From contig NC_000962.3 of the NCBI RefSeq assembly GCF_000195955.2, positions 4,290,001-4,322,000 of the forward strand: DNA of 32,000 nucleotides, read 5' to 3'. Origin of the DNA: Mycobacterium tuberculosis H37Rv (GTDB lineage Bacteria; Actinomycetota; Actinomycetes; Mycobacteriales; Mycobacteriaceae). Positions 30,115-32,000 of this stretch are shown here, one piece after another. A program made the position numbers and the translations under genes. The stretch's first letter is position 1, and each line of letters starts with the position of its first letter. The notes beneath the pieces were generated by a model. It searched no databases and had not been told where the DNA came from. It saw only the letters and a list, made by a program, of their open reading frames with translations.

Positions 30115-30262
30115 GGGGGCAGTTGGGGTTTGAATCCGCCGGTTTCCAGTAGGTATCTGTCGGCTTAGTTGGTGAGATTGCGAAAGCCGAGGGTCGATCC
30201 CCGGAGGTGCTCGACGCGGCCGCTGATCGCTTCGGTCGGCGGGTTGACCGTGGTCACTGTTT
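30112..30262 (-). pseudogene. ISL3-family transposase C-terminal remnant
   Basis: Minus-strand translation NPPTEAISGRVEHLRGSTLGFRNLTN*ADRYLLETGGFKPQLPP, matching the recalled ISL3 C-terminus GPTEAINGRLEHLRGxALGFRNLTNYxARSLLExGGFRPxLHP, with a stop replacing the Tyr codon. Confidence 0.7.
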
Positions 30263-30703
30263 TGGGCGTCGATCCACTGCGGGAATTCCCACTACCACGT
30301 CCGGCCGGATCACCGGCGACTCGCGGTGCACGGCCCGCTCCAGCACCTCCTTGGTCAATTCGTTAGCCGTCCCCGCCAACTGCCCAGCCGTCGACTTCTT
30401 CTTGCCCACCCACCCCATAGACCTTCGCCACACAGCGCCTTCCGTCCACCCAACAGCGGTCCGATGACGGACCCCCGACGGGGACTTCAGCGACCAGGAA
30501 CGCGCCCATAGACGTGGTATCAGCCTGGGGGCGTCCTGGTAGCCTATGCCGTCCGCCCTGGGGCATCGACCCCAAGGTCGTTGTTGCGACGCGAGCGGTC
30601 ATGGAGCAGGGTTGACTTGTCAAGCTAGAGCCAGCCCATCGCGTGGGAGGCACCCGCGCGAAAAGAAACATCGGACGATCATTTCATCGAAGGAAGGAAT
30701 GCC

Positions 30704-31327
30704 GTGGCCGAATACACCTTGCCAGACCTGGACTGGGACTACGGAGCACTGGAACCGCACATCTCGGGTCAGATCAACGAGCTTCACCACAGCAAGCACC
30801 ACGCCACCTACGTAAAGGGCGCCAATGACGCCGTCGCCAAACTCGAAGAGGCGCGCGCCAAGGAAGATCACTCAGCGATCTTGCTGAACGAAAAGAATCT
30901 AGCTTTCAACCTCGCCGGCCACGTCAATCACACCATCTGGTGGAAGAACCTGTCGCCTAACGGTGGTGACAAGCCCACCGGCGAACTCGCCGCAGCCATC
31001 GCCGACGCGTTCGGTTCGTTCGACAAGTTCCGTGCGCAGTTCCACGCGGCCGCTACCACCGTGCAGGGGTCGGGCTGGGCGGCACTGGGCTGGGACACAC
31101 TCGGCAACAAGCTGCTGATATTCCAGGTTTACGACCACCAGACGAACTTCCCGCTAGGCATTGTTCCGCTGCTGCTGCTCGACATGTGGGAACACGCCTT
31201 CTACCTGCAGTACAAGAACGTCAAAGTCGACTTTGCCAAGGCGTTTTGGAACGTCGTGAACTGGGCCGATGTGCAGTCACGGTATGCGGCCGCGACCTCG
31301 CAGACCAAGGGGTTGATATTCGGCTGA
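30704..31327 (+). CDS. sodA: Iron/manganese superoxide dismutase
   Basis: 207 aa; [42 protein letters not shown] and [32 protein letters not shown]. Confidence 0.97.
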   Translation: MAEYTLPDLDWDYGALEPHISGQINELHHSKHHATYVKGANDAVAKLEEARAKEDHSAILLNEKNLAFNLAGHVNHTIWWKNLSPNGGDKPTGELAAAIADAFGSFDKFRAQFHAAATTVQGSGWAALGWDTLGNKLLIFQVYDHQTNFPLGIVPLLLLDMWEHAFYLQYKNVKVDFAKAFWNVVNWADVQSRYAAATSQTKGLIFG

Positions 31328-31537
31328 CCCCGCTGCCGCAAGCGTCGGGCTCAGTATTCCGGAGTCGCGCATCACCATCGCCCTTATCCTGGCCTTATAT
31401 TGCAGCTTTGTGAACACGGCCGCGGTGGCCGTGTCGAGTTGCAGGGCGCGTAAACCACGCGCATGCTTGGTTACTCGAGCTACCATTTATTTCGAGCTAC
31501 CAGCGTGGTTAGGACGGAGGCGTCGCGGAGGGGCGAG

Positions 31538-32000
31538 ATGGGTACCGGGTCAGGTGGGCCTATTGGGGTTTCTCCCTTCCATTCGCGTGGTGCCCTGAAA
31601 GGGTTCGTGATCTCTGGACGTTGGCCTGATTCGACCAAAGAGTGGGCCCAGCTGCTGATGGTCGCAGTTCGGGTCGCGTCGTTGCCCGGCTTGCTCTCCA
31701 CCACAACGGTGTTTGGTGCCCGCGAAGAGTTGCCCGACGAACCCGAGCCGGGGACCGTCGGTCTGGTGCTGGCCGAGGGCACCGTCTTCGGTGAATCAGC
31801 AATTCAGCCAGGATATTTCGCTGATCATCAACCCCCTGCATTGCTGATGCTGCATCCACCCTCGGAGACCACGCCGTCGCTGCCGGAATGCACCGGGGCG
31901 GCGTCAGGGTGCGTGCTGCTGCCGGGATTACCGTATCTGGGATTGGAACATCGTGCGGCTTGGGTGGAGGCTGAAGCCGACGGCACCATCACATCTATGG
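31538..32000 (+). CDS. Conserved hypothetical protein (partial, runs off the right edge)
   Basis: Open frame from ATG 31538: MGTGSGGPIGVSPFHSRGALKGFVISGRWPDSTKEWAQLLMVAVRVASLPGLLSTTTVFGAREELPDEPEPGTVG. Confidence 0.75.
   Translation, partial: MGTGSGGPIGVSPFHSRGALKGFVISGRWPDSTKEWAQLLMVAVRVASLPGLLSTTTVFGAREELPDEPEPGTVGLVLAEGTVFGESAIQPGYFADHQPPALLMLHPPSETTPSLPECTGAASGCVLLPGLPYLGLEHRAAWVEAEADGTITSM

Noticed and set aside
30207-30467. 86-aa plus-strand ORF upstream of sodA
   Set aside because: Its 5' part is antisense to the recognisable ISL3 C-terminal remnant and there is no independent coding support.
1-32000. CRISPR arrays, rRNA or tRNA genes
   Set aside because: No regularly spaced repeats, rRNA segments or convincing cloverleaf were seen on reading. 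I did not run a tRNA covariance model, so a tRNA is not formally excluded.

Overview
The window matches the Mycobacterium tuberculosis complex sulfolipid-1 locus and the region downstream of it. The identification rests on recalled protein sequences and gene order; no search was run. On the left are mmpL8 (partial), papA1 and pks2 (one 2126-aa modular PKS), with fadD23 divergent. Next is an IS607-type element (IS1537-like: MerR-HTH serine recombinase plus TnpB), then an FAD oxidoreductase, a TetR regulator, a membrane protein, a SAM methyltransferase, an AraC regulator, serS, a septum-formation-like membrane protein, a HExxH zincin, a phosphoglycerate mutase-family protein, pheA, an IdeR-box-controlled DUF2470-like gene, an LCP-family fragment, bfrB, glpQ1 and a DUF4328-like membrane protein. 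The right side is a roughly 4 kb gene-poor interval holding insertion-sequence debris (ISL3-like on both strands, IS110-like in pieces), then sodA and a partial hypothetical gene. The core loci are well known and I see no clearly new large system. The observations most worth following up are: (1) two related 20-bp palindromes bracketing the TetR gene, one over its stop codon and one in its divergent promoter; (2) a TnpB whose zinc finger and last RuvC aspartate appear deleted, with a shifted tail; (3) a cluster of DnaA-box-like 9-mers upstream of the DUF4328-like gene; (4) an ORF absent from the supplied track encoding a 49-aa single-pass membrane peptide, preceded by a 24-bp inverted repeat; (5) a Cys/His-rich 73-aa ORF coupled ATGA to the zincin gene; (6) mixed IS110/ISL3 fossils before sodA.
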